Source: an uncultured delta proteobacterium (lineage in GTDB: Bacteria; Myxococcota_A; Polyangia; Fen-1088). From it: a stretch of 64,000 bases of DNA. The DNA lies in contig CAWCMR010000015.1 in NCBI GenBank assembly GCA_963796685.1, forward strand, positions 160,001 to 224,000, in the 5' to 3' direction. The notes below the pieces were generated by a model. That model was given only the letters and a program-made list of their open reading frames with translations, was not told the origin of the DNA and did no database searches. The translations under genes and the position numbers were made by a program. Each line of letters starts with the position of its first letter. Within the stretch, counting starts at the first letter, position 1. Of this stretch, positions 42,825 through 53,936 are shown piece by piece.

Positions 42825-44096
42825 ATGTACCCGCGACGTCGCGTGGAGTCCGGCCTGGGCACCACCGGCGTCATGCTGCTCGTCATCGCCGTGACCGCCA
42901 GCGGCTGCGCCGAGAGTTGTGGCTGCAAGCGCTCGGCCGCCGACGGCAAGCACGCGCACGGGGTGAAAGCCGAGGGCGCCAAGCAGGTCAAGGGCAAGCG
43001 CCTGCCTCGCATCGACGTGCACACGCACATCAGCCCGGAGGGGCTCGAGCACGCGCTGGCCATCATGGATAGGTGGGGCATCGACGGCATGGTCAACCTC
43101 TCGGGCGGGGTGCCCGGACCGCCCCGCCACATGCTGGAGACCCAGTTGCAAGTCGCGCGCGCCTCGGGCGGGCGCATCGCCGTGTTCACCAACGTCAATT
43201 TCATCAAGGCCGTGCGCACGCGGCCCGACTACGGCAACGCCCTGGCCGAAGAGCTGAGCGTGGCGAAGGAGATGGGCGCCATCGGGCTGAAGATCCCCAA
43301 GGGCCTGGGGCTGGGCTATCCCGCGCCCGACGGCGAGCACCTGCTTGCCGTCGACGATCCCAAGTTGGATCCGCTGTTCGACGAGGCCGGCAAGCTGGGC
43401 ATGCCGGTGCTCATCCACACCGGCGACCCCAAGGCCTTCTGGCAGCCGGCCGACGAGAAGAACGAGCGCCTGGAAGAATTGGGCGCCCATCCCGAGTGGT
43501 CGTTCTACGGCGAGCCGGTTCCCTCGTGGCAGGAGCTGTACGATCAGTTCGAGCGTCGCGTGGCACGCCACCCCAAGACCATCTTCATCGGCGCGCACTT
43601 CGGCAACGACCCCGAGGATCCGGACAACGTCGCCCGCATGCTCGACAAGTACCCCAACCTGTACATCGACACGGCGGCGCGCGTGCCCGAGATCGGCCGG
43701 CAAGACCCGGCCAAGATGCGGCGGTTCTTCGAGAAATACCAAGACCGCATCCTGTTCGGGACGGATCTCGGCGTGGGGCCGACGCAGGACGATATGATGT
43801 ACGGCTCGAACGGGCCCTTGCCCCCGACCCTCGACGACGAGCGCCGCTTCTTCGAATCGACCTGGCGCTACTTCGAGACCGACGACAAGCAATTCGAATC
43901 GCCGACCCCCATCCAGGGCCGCTGGAAAATCGACGGCCTCGGCCTGCCCGAACAGGTCTTGCGCAAGCTCTACTTCGAGAACGCCGCCCGCCTGCTCAAG
44001 TGGAAACCGCCCATCGGCCAGCCCAGCCCCGCGCCGCAGCCCGCGCCCCAGGCCGCGCCCCAGCCCCCATCGCCAAGCAGCGCGCCAACAAAGTGA
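42825..44096 (+). CDS. Amidohydrolase_2-family metallohydrolase (possible lipoprotein)
   Basis: IDVHTH, GLKI, PVLIHTGDP, GAHFG and ILFGTD. Confidence 0.88.
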   Translation: MYPRRRVESGLGTTGVMLLVIAVTASGCAESCGCKRSAADGKHAHGVKAEGAKQVKGKRLPRIDVHTHISPEGLEHALAIMDRWGIDGMVNLSGGVPGPPRHMLETQLQVARASGGRIAVFTNVNFIKAVRTRPDYGNALAEELSVAKEMGAIGLKIPKGLGLGYPAPDGEHLLAVDDPKLDPLFDEAGKLGMPVLIHTGDPKAFWQPADEKNERLEELGAHPEWSFYGEPVPSWQELYDQFERRVARHPKTIFIGAHFGNDPEDPDNVARMLDKYPNLYIDTAARVPEIGRQDPAKMRRFFEKYQDRILFGTDLGVGPTQDDMMYGSNGPLPPTLDDERRFFESTWRYFETDDKQFESPTPIQGRWKIDGLGLPEQVLRKLYFENAARLLKWKPPIGQPSPAPQPAPQAAPQPPSPSSAPTK

Positions 44097-44115
44097 CGAA
44101 ATGATGCGGTAGAGC

Positions 44116-44143
44116 TTGACGCCAAGGCCGCTCTGAACATAAT
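44116..44143 (+). promoter_or_regulatory. Sigma70-type promoter of tRNA-Asn
   Basis: TTGACG-16 nt-CATAAT just upstream of the tRNA. Confidence 0.65.
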
Positions 44144-44157
44144 CATCGCCTTCGCAT

Positions 44158-44233
44158 TCCGGAGTAGCTCAGTCGGCAGAGCAGACGGCTGTTAACCGTC
44201 GGGTCGGGAGTTCGAATCTCTCCTCCGGAGCCA
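44158..44233 (+). tRNA. tRNA-Asn (GTT)
   Basis: TCCGGAG acceptor stem pairing with CTCCGGA, D-arm GCTCAGTCGGCAGAGC, anticodon arm GACGG-CTGTTAA-CCGTC, T-loop TTCGAAT, encoded CCA. Confidence 0.97.
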
Positions 44234-44611
44234 CCCTGCGTCCCCCACCAACTTGGGTGGGGTAGGGTGGTTTAACAGGGGGCGGCGGGGCGGGGAGAGC
44301 GGACGTCGCGCTGATGGGCCTGTTTCTGCGGGGTCTTGGGCGTGTCCGGTTGTTCGTCGGTGACTGCCACGCGCCTTTTCGCAGAGATCACTGGTCGGCG
44401 CGCGGGAGCAGAATTCTCACCGCCCAAAGTGCTCTCCCGAGGCCTTTCTGGGGAGAGAGCGTCAGAGAGCGGTTAACGGATAGAGAGCTGCGGTTAACAC
44501 CTCCCCGTGTCATGGCCTCCTGCCGCCATGAAAACGAGCGCCTTCCCGACACCGCGGCTGAACGGCTTCCTTCAACAGCGAGCCGTTTTCGGGGCGATGG
44601 GGCGACTGTCA

Positions 44612-45001
44612 CTACTTGTTCGACCGTCCTCCGGCGCCCGCGCTCCAGTAGTGGTGCACTGTCTTCAGCTCCTCGACCCAGCATCGCATGATGTCTGATG
44701 TGTCACGCCCGAGATCCCTAGCGAGGTCGAAGAAGCCGGGGCCGGGCTGCATGTCGCCATGCTTGTGGACCACTATAACCGTCAACATGCCCCTCCCTAC
44801 CGAATCCTCCTGCGCGGAAATCTCCCCAAGCATCGCTGCCAGCGCGGAAGAATCTGGCTCCAACCTGATAGCCTTAACTTTGCTGACCAGATCTGAATAC
44901 GGAATCATTCCTCGAAGCTTCGCGCGGCTGACTAGGATGGCGCGCATCTCCTTCTTCGCCGCTGTCCAAGCTGCCACGTCAAAACCGTATCGTTTCGCCA
45001 T
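44612..45001 (-). CDS. Small hypothetical protein, last gene of the defence operon
   Basis: 129-aa ORF 18 nt downstream of the M48 gene on the same strand; IPYSDL...LGEIS...GRGMLTVIVVHK..PGPGFF. Confidence 0.7.
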   Translation of the reverse strand: MAKRYGFDVAAWTAAKKEMRAILVSRAKLRGMIPYSDLVSKVKAIRLEPDSSALAAMLGEISAQEDSVGRGMLTVIVVHKHGDMQPGPGFFDLARDLGRDTSDIMRCWVEELKTVHHYWSAGAGGRSNK

Positions 45002-45019
45002 GTTTTCCCGTTGCTGTGG

Positions 45020-45724
45020 TCAGATGTCCAACCCCGCGCCGTTCTTGCGGAGCCAATCTTTCCGCTCACGGTAGTCCGGCAACACCTTGTCGACTTCGTT
45101 CCAGAACGCGTCTGTGTGGTCCCGGTGATGGAAGTGGCAAAGCTCGTGGACCACGATGTAGTCGATGATGGTCTGCGGGGCCATCATGCACTTCCAGTGA
45201 AAAGCGAGCGCCCCCGTCGGCGAACAGGACGCCCAGCGATTGCCCAACTCGCGAACGTCAACCGACGTGGCCCCCACCCCGACCTTCGGGGCGTAGTAGT
45301 CCACGCGCTGGCGAACCCGTTCGAGGCCGCGGGCGATGTAGAAGTCGCGGAAGCCTGTCCTCGCCGCCACCATCTCGCCTTGCTCGACGAGGTCCCGACG
45401 AAGCGCAAACCGGCCATCGCGCAGCTTCAGAGGCTCCACCTGGTCGCTGACGAGGAGCAGGCGATAGGCGCGCCCGAGATACAGGAAGCCCTCGCCGTTC
45501 TTGTACTCACGCAGGACGCGGGTTGCGTTCAGGTCGCGCCACTCGGCCAGGCTTTGGTAGATCCAATACTCTTTGGCCGTGACGATGTTGTCGATCTGCT
45601 CGTCGTCGGCCCACTCGGGCGCCCGAACAACAACGCTGCCGTCGCGCTCGATGATGATGTCCGCCGTCGACCGTTGGCTGCGGACGACCTCGTAGGCAAC
45701 GCCGTTGGTCTGTGCGTCCCTCAT
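45020..45724 (-). CDS. M48/YgjP (DUF45)-family zinc metallopeptidase
   Basis: RWASCS and IDYIVVHELCH..H.DH..FW; ATGA overlap with the hsdR stop, a usual position in type I RM operons. Confidence 0.9.
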   Translation of the reverse strand: MRDAQTNGVAYEVVRSQRSTADIIIERDGSVVVRAPEWADDEQIDNIVTAKEYWIYQSLAEWRDLNATRVLREYKNGEGFLYLGRAYRLLLVSDQVEPLKLRDGRFALRRDLVEQGEMVAARTGFRDFYIARGLERVRQRVDYYAPKVGVGATSVDVRELGNRWASCSPTGALAFHWKCMMAPQTIIDYIVVHELCHFHHRDHTDAFWNEVDKVLPDYRERKDWLRKNGAGLDI

Positions 45725-48700
45725 TTTACCAGCTCCTCGTGTCGCTTCTCGGCGAGCTTCACGACCTCGACGGCGACGCGTTCGTGTTTTGCGCTCAGCG
45801 CCGGGATGTCCGCCAGGAGGATCTCCGTGTCGATGTTGCCCCTAAGCTTCCTGACCTCGATCGGCTTCTTCCAAAAGTCGAGGACATCGATTGTGTTCTG
45901 CAGCAACTCCACGATTCGCAACATCAGCTTCTTGAGCGGTGCGCGCGCCTCGGGCGGGACCTCGCCACCCTCGAAGGCGAGCTGCAACACGTAGTCGTAG
46001 AAGGTGGTGGCTTCCTTGGTCAGGCCCTCGGCCGCCTCGGTGCGTCCTTCCATGGCCTCCCGGCGCAGCTCCTCGTAGCCCTCGGCGAGGGTTTCCCAGT
46101 TGTCGCGGTGGTCTTGGATCAGCTTTTCGAGCTTCTCGCTCAGTCGTTTGTAGAAGGCGGGATCCTCGTCGAAGTGGACAGTGCAGTGCTTGCGGAGGGC
46201 GTGCTCCATCTCGCTCGCCTTGGCTTCGGCGCTGCCCTGCGAATGCTTCTGCACATGGGCGATGAAGTTATCGGAGAGAAGCTCGACCGGCGGGAATCTT
46301 CGGGTTGATCCCCAGATCGATGAGGTGCTCGTTGATCAGCGCCTTCACCTTCTCGCCGGCGTCGGTGATATCGAGCGAGTCGTCCTTGTAGCGCTCCTTC
46401 ACCATGCGCAGCAGGTAGCCGAAGCGCCGCGCGGCGCCGCGATAGGGATGGCCCGCGGGGTTGGGCAGGATCAGGTTCAGGCTCTGCAGGAACTTCTTGA
46501 AGTAGACCTCGAAATCCGCCCTCGGCTTGATCTCCTTCAATGCGCCCACGGCGGCGTGTAGGAGCGCGACCTCGGCCTCGGGCGTGGGCAGCGTGCCTTT
46601 CACGAAGCCCTCGATCTCGGCGAGACCCGCCACGCGGAAGTGCTGGAGCAGGCGCTGGTAGCGTTCTTCCAGGATCGGCATCTCGCTCAGGATGTTCTTC
46701 AGACCCTCCCGAATGTCCTGCTCGTCTTCCTTGGCATAGATGGACAGGGCGTAGGTCAGGTGGTTGGCCAGGCCGATGTAGTCGACGATGAAGCCCCGGT
46801 GCTTGTTGCTGGCGACCCGGTTCACACGCGCGATGGCCTGCAAGCAGGTTGTGCTCGCGCAGTCTCTTGTCGATATACATGACCTGCTCCACCGGCGCGT
46901 CAAACCCGGTGAGTAGCATGTCGCAGACGATAAGGAAGGCGATGCCGGTGAGTACCTTGTCCGGGTCGTCAAGATCGAAGGGCTTGCAGAAATTTTCGAC
47001 CGCGTTCCAACGCTTGGCTTCCTTGCGCGCCAGGGTGATGGCCGCGGGCTCGTTGGTCGGCATCTGACGAAATCACGACCACGGCTTTCAGGAACTCCAC
47101 GCGGCGGATCAGGGTTTGGTCGGGCTGGGCCTGCACCCTTTCGCGGTCGAGGCGCTCCTGGAGCGCGCCGCGAATGGCCTTCTGATAGCGGATGGCGGCC
47201 AGCTTCGAGTGGCACACAACCTGGGCCTTGAAGCCGTCGGGCAGGATGTTGTCGACGTAGTGGTCGACCAGATCCCTGGCGACGGCGGCGATGCGCTTCT
47301 CGGCTTCCAGAATGTCCCCGGTGGCGCCGTACTTCTTCTTGATGGCCAGCAGCTCTTCCTCGCTGCGCTCCTTGAAGAGATCCTCGAACTTGGTATCGAA
47401 GCCGTGCTTGTCCTTCAACGCCGTTTCGGCGGTCCGGCCTTCGTACAGGATCTGCAGGGTGGCGCCATCGTGCACGGAGTCCATGAGCTTGTACTGTGTC
47501 GATGTACTCGCCGAATCGCTTGACCGTGCGGTGGTGCTCTGCCCCCTGCTGCTCGGTGATAAGAGGCGTGCCCGTGAAGGCGATGCGGGTCGCATTGGGG
47601 AAGGCCTCGAACAGGTTGTCGCCCAGATCGGAGCCCTGGGTGCGGTGGGCCTCGTCAATCATCAGCAGGATGCGCTCGGACAAATTGACGACACCGAAGG
47701 TCTTGCTCGACGGGATGGCCTGGTAAGCCGCAGGTGGTTCGGCAGCCAGGGAAACACCTTCGGCATTGATCGGCGCGGCTTTGGGTTTGCGCAGCGCCTG
47801 GGCCACGGCCGTCGGCAGGGCCTCGGCACGCTCGACGAACTTGTGCGACCATCGACCATGTTCACGTCGGACGCAGCGGTGCGCAGGTGCTCCCGGAGCT
47901 GGGCCGTGCTCTCGATGACGTTGACCTTGCCGCCGATGAGTCTCGCCGTGCCGGCGAGCTGGTCTTCCAGGTCGATACGGTCGTTGACCAGCAGTATCTT
48001 GAAGTCCTCCAGATCCGCCGAGGCCCGCAGCATGCGCGCGACGAAGACCATGGTCAGCGACTTGCCCGAGCCCTGGGTGTGCCAGACCACCCCCGAGCGA
48101 GCCTCCGGCGGTCTGGCCGGCCCGCAGACGAGCGATGATCTTGTAGGCGGCCCGGTACTGCTGGTAGCGGCACACGACCTTGATGCGGCGGCCGGCATCG
48201 GTGTCCATGAACACGGTGCAGGTGCGCAAGACATCGAGCAGCGTCGCCGGGGCGAGCAGCCCCTGAATCAGCTTCTCTTGTTCGCGCTCGACGCCCGAGC
48301 GGTGGGGTGTAGGCGCGGTTGGCTTCAGGCCAGATGTCCTTCCAGGCGTGGAAGTGCTCGTGGCCAGAGGTGATGGAGCCAAACTCGGCCCTCTCGCCGC
48401 AGGTGCGAACCAGCAAGAGGTTCGTGTAGAAGAGGCGCGGCTCGCCCTCGCGCAACCCCGCCTTGGCCGTCTCGGGGCGACCATTGCGATAGCGCAAGAG
48501 CTGCTCGAAAGCCGCGTGCAAGGGATTGGCGGTGTTGGGATCGCCGATCTTGGCCTCGACGACCACCAGCGGGATGCCGTTCACGAACAGAACGATGTCC
48601 GGGATGATGCAGCTCTTCACGCAGCCAGGCGTGTCGATGCGGAACTGGTTGATGGCGTGGAACCGGTTGCGCGCGGGGTGGCCGAAAGTCAATCAGCTTC

Positions 48701-49050
48701 ACCACCGGATCGGCCTCGCCCGTGACCTCGTTGCGGTCGACCTGAGCCTTCAGGAACAGGGCCTGCGCCGCCTCGTTCGCTTCGAGCAGGGTACGGTTGG
48801 GCTGGCGCAGGATCTGGTCGCGCAGATCGTCGAGCTGGCGATCGGTGAGCCAAGGCTTGCCGCCCGTGGTGAGGTTGATCGACCGAACCGCCTCACGGAA
48901 AACCCGCGGCAGAATCCACTCACGGAACCCGTCGCGCAGGCTCGCCGCCGGATCGGACGGGATGAAGCCTTGCCCCTGGTCGATGGCCGTCCATCCCAGC
49001 CCGTTGAGCTGATCGAGAAACGGCTTCTCGACGTGGAGGTATTCAGACAC
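45721..49050 (-). CDS. hsdR: Type I restriction endonuclease subunit R (about 8 frameshifts)
   Basis: Across frames: PDIVLFVNGIPLVVVEAK, GVVWHTQGSGKS, DEAHRTQ, FTGTP, DMLLTGFDAP and QAIARVNR. Confidence 0.9.
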
Positions 49051-50341
49051 GGGCGGCGGCCTTCTGAGTATCGGCGACCGGCACGCGCACGCGACCGGTG
49101 AGGAGGTCGTGCATGAGGCCGGCCTTGAGACTCTGGTACTTCCTCGCCAGAGCGCCCTCTTCCGCAAGCCTGTCGTTGACGGCTGATTGGCGGGCAAGAA
49201 TCTCATCTTGTTCGGGGACACCCGGAACCGCCACGAGCAGGTCGCGAAGCTCGCCCACGTTGAAATGCTGCTGCGCCAGCCCGCCTTGCTTGCGAAGCAC
49301 CTGTTCCTTTCCAAAGGACGAGTTGATCCATGCCGAAAGGAAACCGGAACGCAAGCCTTGTGACGGGCGTGTGATCAAGATGTCGATACAGTTTGCACCT
49401 GCATACGCAGGGGGAACCACCGCGCTGGTGCCCGGATACCCCGTGCGAACGCTAAGCACGTCGCCAGCGCGAACCTGGCTCTTGGACAAAAGCGCATTGG
49501 AACGCGGCGAGATGAACACCAGGTCGGACGAATCTAGTCCGTCCTCCCGGATGTTCGCCGAGCGAAATGCCGGAACGCCCTCGGCTACATAGTATTGCGC
49601 TGGACGAATCACGATACCGACGGTGATCAACTCGCTGACTTTCGAACAGGGCCGTACCTCCCATTCCTTCGGAATCCAACCGAGGGGGGATTCTTTGTAG
49701 AGCTTTGGGGCTTCGGCGCGCGGGGGGCGCAGATGGCCGTCGGGCGTCACGCCGCGGGTGAAGAGGTCGTGCATCAGGCCAGCCTTGATCTGCTGGGTCT
49801 TGGCGATCAGCGCTTCGGTCTGCTCAATGGCCTCGTCGACCGTAGTGAGGATCTCAGCTATGCGCGGCTGTTCCTTTGACGGCGCAACAAGCACTTCAAA
49901 TCGCTCTGTATCCCTCTTGTTGACCTCTAGGAACGTGCTTCCGATGCCGAGGGACTGATAGCGCTCCTTGCTGCGGAGCATTTGATAGTAGAGGAACTCA
50001 CCGTCGGTGCCATTGATTGGAACGAGGCTCTTGAAACCCTGGTTTGTGCAGACCTCTCTGCCGGCGATCCGAATCTCGCCGAGGGTTGCCCGGGAGGTCA
50101 TGAGCAGGGCGCCCGCCGGGAGGAGCGTCGCGCTGCATGAGCGCAGGCCACGCTCCGTTATTCGCTCCTTGGTTATGGACAAACCACGACCAGTCGTACC
50201 GGTAAGGTCTGTCGGTGTTACCCAGAGAACAGTGCCATCCTTCCAGTATTCAGGGATGTACCTCGATGGCGTGCCACCGCTGACGACACGGGCAACTTTG
50301 CAGAGCGGCTCGGAATGCCACCCGTCTTGTCGACGGCTCAT
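49043..50341 (-). CDS. hsdS: Type I restriction-modification specificity subunit S
   Basis: Two TRDs separated by conserved regions EQPRIAEIL...KAGLMHDLFTRG and EQDEIL...KAGLMHDLLTG. Confidence 0.93.
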   Translation of the reverse strand: MSRRQDGWHSEPLCKVARVVSGGTPSRYIPEYWKDGTVLWVTPTDLTGTTGRGLSITKERITERGLRSCSATLLPAGALLMTSRATLGEIRIAGREVCTNQGFKSLVPINGTDGEFLYYQMLRSKERYQSLGIGSTFLEVNKRDTERFEVLVAPSKEQPRIAEILTTVDEAIEQTEALIAKTQQIKAGLMHDLFTRGVTPDGHLRPPRAEAPKLYKESPLGWIPKEWEVRPCSKVSELITVGIVIRPAQYYVAEGVPAFRSANIREDGLDSSDLVFISPRSNALLSKSQVRAGDVLSVRTGYPGTSAVVPPAYAGANCIDILITRPSQGLRSGFLSAWINSSFGKEQVLRKQGGLAQQHFNVGELRDLLVAVPGVPEQDEILARQSAVNDRLAEEGALARKYQSLKAGLMHDLLTGRVRVPVADTQKAAARV

Positions 50342-51459
50342 CGCCCCACCTCCTCGGCCCAAGCCATCAGCTTCTGCCTCAGCTCTTCCTTCGACGGCAG
50401 GTAGAGCTGGTACTGCGAGGCGTAGATGTTGCTGTTCTCGGGCAGGGTCAGTTCGACCAGGGCGTCGTTCTTGCGGTGGCAGAGCAAGATGCCGATGGTG
50501 GGCGCCTCGGCCTCGGTTCGCACATGCCGGTCGAAGTAGTTCACGTACATCTGCATCTGGCCGAGATCCTGGTGGGTCAGCTTGTCGACCTTCAGATCGA
50601 TGAGCACGTAGCAACGGAGGAGCCGGTTGTAGAAGACCAGGTCCACGTAGAAATGGTCGTTGTCGAAGGTGAAGCGCTTCTGCCGCGCCTCGAACAAGAA
50701 GCCCTTGCCCAGCTCCAGCAGGAAGTGCTCAAGCTTGTCGATGATAGCGGTCTCCAGCTCGTGCTCGCTGTAGCCGGCTTGCTCCGCCAGACCCAGGAAC
50801 TCCAGCACGTAGGGGCTCTTGACGATGTCCGCCGCCTTCTCGATGGCCAACCCTTCTTCGGACAGCTTGCGGATCGCGTCCTTGTCGCGGCTCAGGGCCA
50901 GGCGCTCGTACAGGCCGCTGCCGATCTGCCGTTCCAGCTCGCGCACGCTCCAGGCGCTGGCTATCGCCTCCAGCTCGTAGAAGCGGCGTTCGTCGGGATT
51001 GCCCAGGGTCAGCAGCGCCACGTAGTGGGACCAGCCCAGCTTGAAATGGCTGGTCAGGGCTTCGAGAAGGGCGGGCTGCAGGGATCGCGTCAGGCTGGAT
51101 CCAACAGAAGGTGTCTGTTGCATGTCGGGCATGGCCGCCTGGGGGCCAGATTCAACAGACACCGTCTGTTGGATCTGCGGATAGGCCTCGTAGAAGGCGC
51201 GGAACTTGCGCAGATTGGTGGGGGAGATGCCCCGAAGTCCCCTACCAGAGAGGGTCGTGGCCAGCCGGTCGATCAGCGCTTTACCATAGAGCTTGGCGCG
51301 GTCGGCCCCGCCTTGTTCGTATTCCACGATGTAGTAACCGAACAGCCAGTTGCGCACGACCAGGGCGACGTCGACGGATCGCGCCGCGCGCGCCTGCAGT
51401 GCACGGTGGGTTTCCTCGAACAGGCCGACCAGTCTCTGGAAGTCGGGCGCGTCACTCAT
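50338..51459 (-). CDS. YhcG/DUF1016-family PDDEXK nuclease-like protein
   Basis: NWLFGYYIVEYEQ, GWSHY, KSPYVLEFLGL, FLLELGKGF, DLVFYNRLLRCYVLIDLK and GQMQMYVNY. Confidence 0.92.
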   Translation of the reverse strand: MSDAPDFQRLVGLFEETHRALQARAARSVDVALVVRNWLFGYYIVEYEQGGADRAKLYGKALIDRLATTLSGRGLRGISPTNLRKFRAFYEAYPQIQQTVSVESGPQAAMPDMQQTPSVGSSLTRSLQPALLEALTSHFKLGWSHYVALLTLGNPDERRFYELEAIASAWSVRELERQIGSGLYERLALSRDKDAIRKLSEEGLAIEKAADIVKSPYVLEFLGLAEQAGYSEHELETAIIDKLEHFLLELGKGFLFEARQKRFTFDNDHFYVDLVFYNRLLRCYVLIDLKVDKLTHQDLGQMQMYVNYFDRHVRTEAEAPTIGILLCHRKNDALVELTLPENSNIYASQYQLYLPSKEELRQKLMAWAEEVGR

Positions 51460-53936
51460 ACCCCAGCTCCTGCAGGAAGCCTTTCAGCTTCTTGGCCGCG
51501 CCATCGCGCCGCTCCTCGATTTCCTCGGCGGTCACCGCGTACTTCGCGTGCAGATTCTCCAGCGCCGCCAGACAAGCGCGCTGGTCGGCGCGCAGGTAAG
51601 ACTCGTAGGTCTGCACCAGCAGCCTGTGCAACCGGTCCACGATAATCTTGCGGGCGTCGTCCCGTTCGATCTTCTCTCGCGCGGCGGCGACCAGCTCTTC
51701 CTGCTTCTGCTCGGTGACGCGCAGGTCGGCCTTGAGCTGCTTGGCCTCGTCCTCCAGCGCCTTGTGCCGGGCCAGCTTGGCCTCGATGGCGGTCGCCTCC
51801 TTGTCGAGGACACGCCAATCACCCAGGCCCGGATCGCGCTTGGCCAGCTTGCCGTCGCCCCTGACCTGCTTGAGCTTGGCCTTCAGCTCCTTGACCTGGT
51901 CGCCGGGAAGCACGCCCAGGTCGTCGGCGTCTTCGTAGTCCTCCTCGTCGGCGGCTGCGAACAGGGCCGAAAGCTCGGCCAGACGGGTGCGTTTGGTTTC
52001 GATATCGGCCAAGACCTCGGGGAACTGGCTTTCCAGGATGTCGCTGTCGGGGATCAGCTCGGGCCCCCAGCCGCTGGCCGCGATGGACTTGAGGTCGGCC
52101 TTCAGCTCGTCCACGTACCGGGCAAAGGCGCCGCGGACCTGGTGCCCGTCGAGCAGGGTGTTGCCGGCCAAGGCCTTGTCGATGGAGGCAAGCAGGTCGC
52201 GCCGCAAGGCATAGACGTTGCCTTTCTTGCCGTGGCTCGGGGCCAGCGCCTCGATGCCCGGCAGGTGCTTCTTCCACCAGGCATCGAGCGTTTTGAGAAA
52301 TGCCTGGTGGGCGGCGGCGACGCTCTGGTCGCCGTTGACGATCTCGGCCAGGGCGCGACGGTCGGTCACCTCGGCCGTGAAATCGAGGTACGCCGGGCCA
52401 CCGGCGCGGGCGCGGAAGCAGCGCTTGCGCAGCTCGGGAAAGTTGGTCCAGTAATGCGCGAGCGCATCGACCTCCGACTTGGGAACCCCGCCGTGCAGGT
52501 GAGCCTGCACGTCATGGGGCTCGGGCGGCGGGGCGTTGTCGACATAGCGCCGGATGTTGCAGTTGAAGTCCTCGCCCTCGATCTCGCCGACCGGCACCCG
52601 ACGCGCGTAGCCGGGCAGGTCCTCGGCGGCGCCGCTGGTCAGGGCGCGGTAGGCGTGAACGATGCGCGAGATGTCCTCGGCGCGCAGGAAGTTCTGGGCC
52701 TTACCCTCGCGATAGTCGCGATCGGCGTTGATGAAGACGACGTGCTTGCGCGCCTGCGCGTCCTTCTTGTTCATCACCAGCAGGCAGGCGGGAATGCCGG
52801 TACCGTAGAAGAGTCCAGCCGGCAGGCTGATGATCGCTTCGAGCCAGCCGTGCTCGATGAAGTGCCGGCGCGCCTCGCGCTCTTCGCCGCCGCGGAAGAG
52901 CACGCCGTGGGGCATCACGGTGGCCATCTTGCCGTTGGCCTTCAGCACGGCCACCATGTGCTGGACGAACATCAGGTCGGCCTTCTTGCCCTTCTCGGGC
53001 AGCCACACCGCAAAGCGCCCCGGATACTCGATGTCCTTCTTGATGTAGTTCTGACTGAAGGGGGGATTGGCCAGGACGCGATCGTAGCGCCGAAGCTCGC
53101 CCTTTTCGTCCTTGTGCTGGGGCCGGCGGATGGTGTCTTCCTGCCGGATGTCGGCGTGGGAGATGCCGTGCAGGAGCATGTTCATCTTGCAGATGGACCA
53201 GGTGGTCCCGATGTTATCCTGGCCGAAGAGGGAGAGGTCGCGAGGATCGCCGCCGCACTCGGTGATGTAGTCGCGGCTCTGAATCAGCATCCCGCCGGAC
53301 CCGACGGTCGGGTCGTAGATGCTCATGCCTGATTGCGGCTCGACGATCTCGACCATCGTTCGCACGACGTCAGCGGGCGTGTAGAACTCGCCGGCCTTCT
53401 TGCCGGCCGAATCGGCAAAGTATTTGATCAGGTACTCGTAGGCGGCGCCGAGCAGGTCGGGAAACTCGAAGTTCTCGTCGCGCAGCGGAATCTTCTCGAA
53501 GTTCTGGACGAAGTTCGAAAGGGTGTCGTCATCGAGGGTGTGCTGGCCAATCTTGCGGTTGAAGTTGATGTGCTTGAGCACGTCCTGCAGAGCATCGGCG
53601 TTGGCGTCTTCGAGGGCCTCGAGCGCCTTGTTGAGCGCCGGATCCCACGTTCGTCTTGAGGTGGCGGATCTTTGACCAACGGGCTTCCTCGGGCACGAAG
53701 AAGTCGTATTGATCCGGGCTGTTGAGCTGCTTGGCCAGGACCTTGGCCGGCATGCCCTTGTCCGCAAGCGTTTTCTCGAGCCGCTCGCGCTGCTGGTCGA
53801 AGAGGTCGGAGAGCCTCTTCAGGAAGAGCATGCCGAAGATGTATTCCTTGTACTCCGAGGCATCCATGTTGCCGCGCAGGTCGTCGCACGCGCGGAGGAG
53901 GAGGCCGGAGAGCTGGCTGAGGGTCAGTTTGGTCAT
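51452..53936 (-). CDS. hsdM: Type I restriction-modification methyltransferase subunit M (one frameshift near 53640)
   Basis: [44 protein letters not shown] and PHGVLFRGG. Confidence 0.93.

Noticed and set aside
44212-44233. attR duplicate of the tRNA-Asn 3' end
   Set aside because: No convincing copy found by eye downstream; the nearest match (ctctccaggagcca near 58385) is short and inside a CDS.
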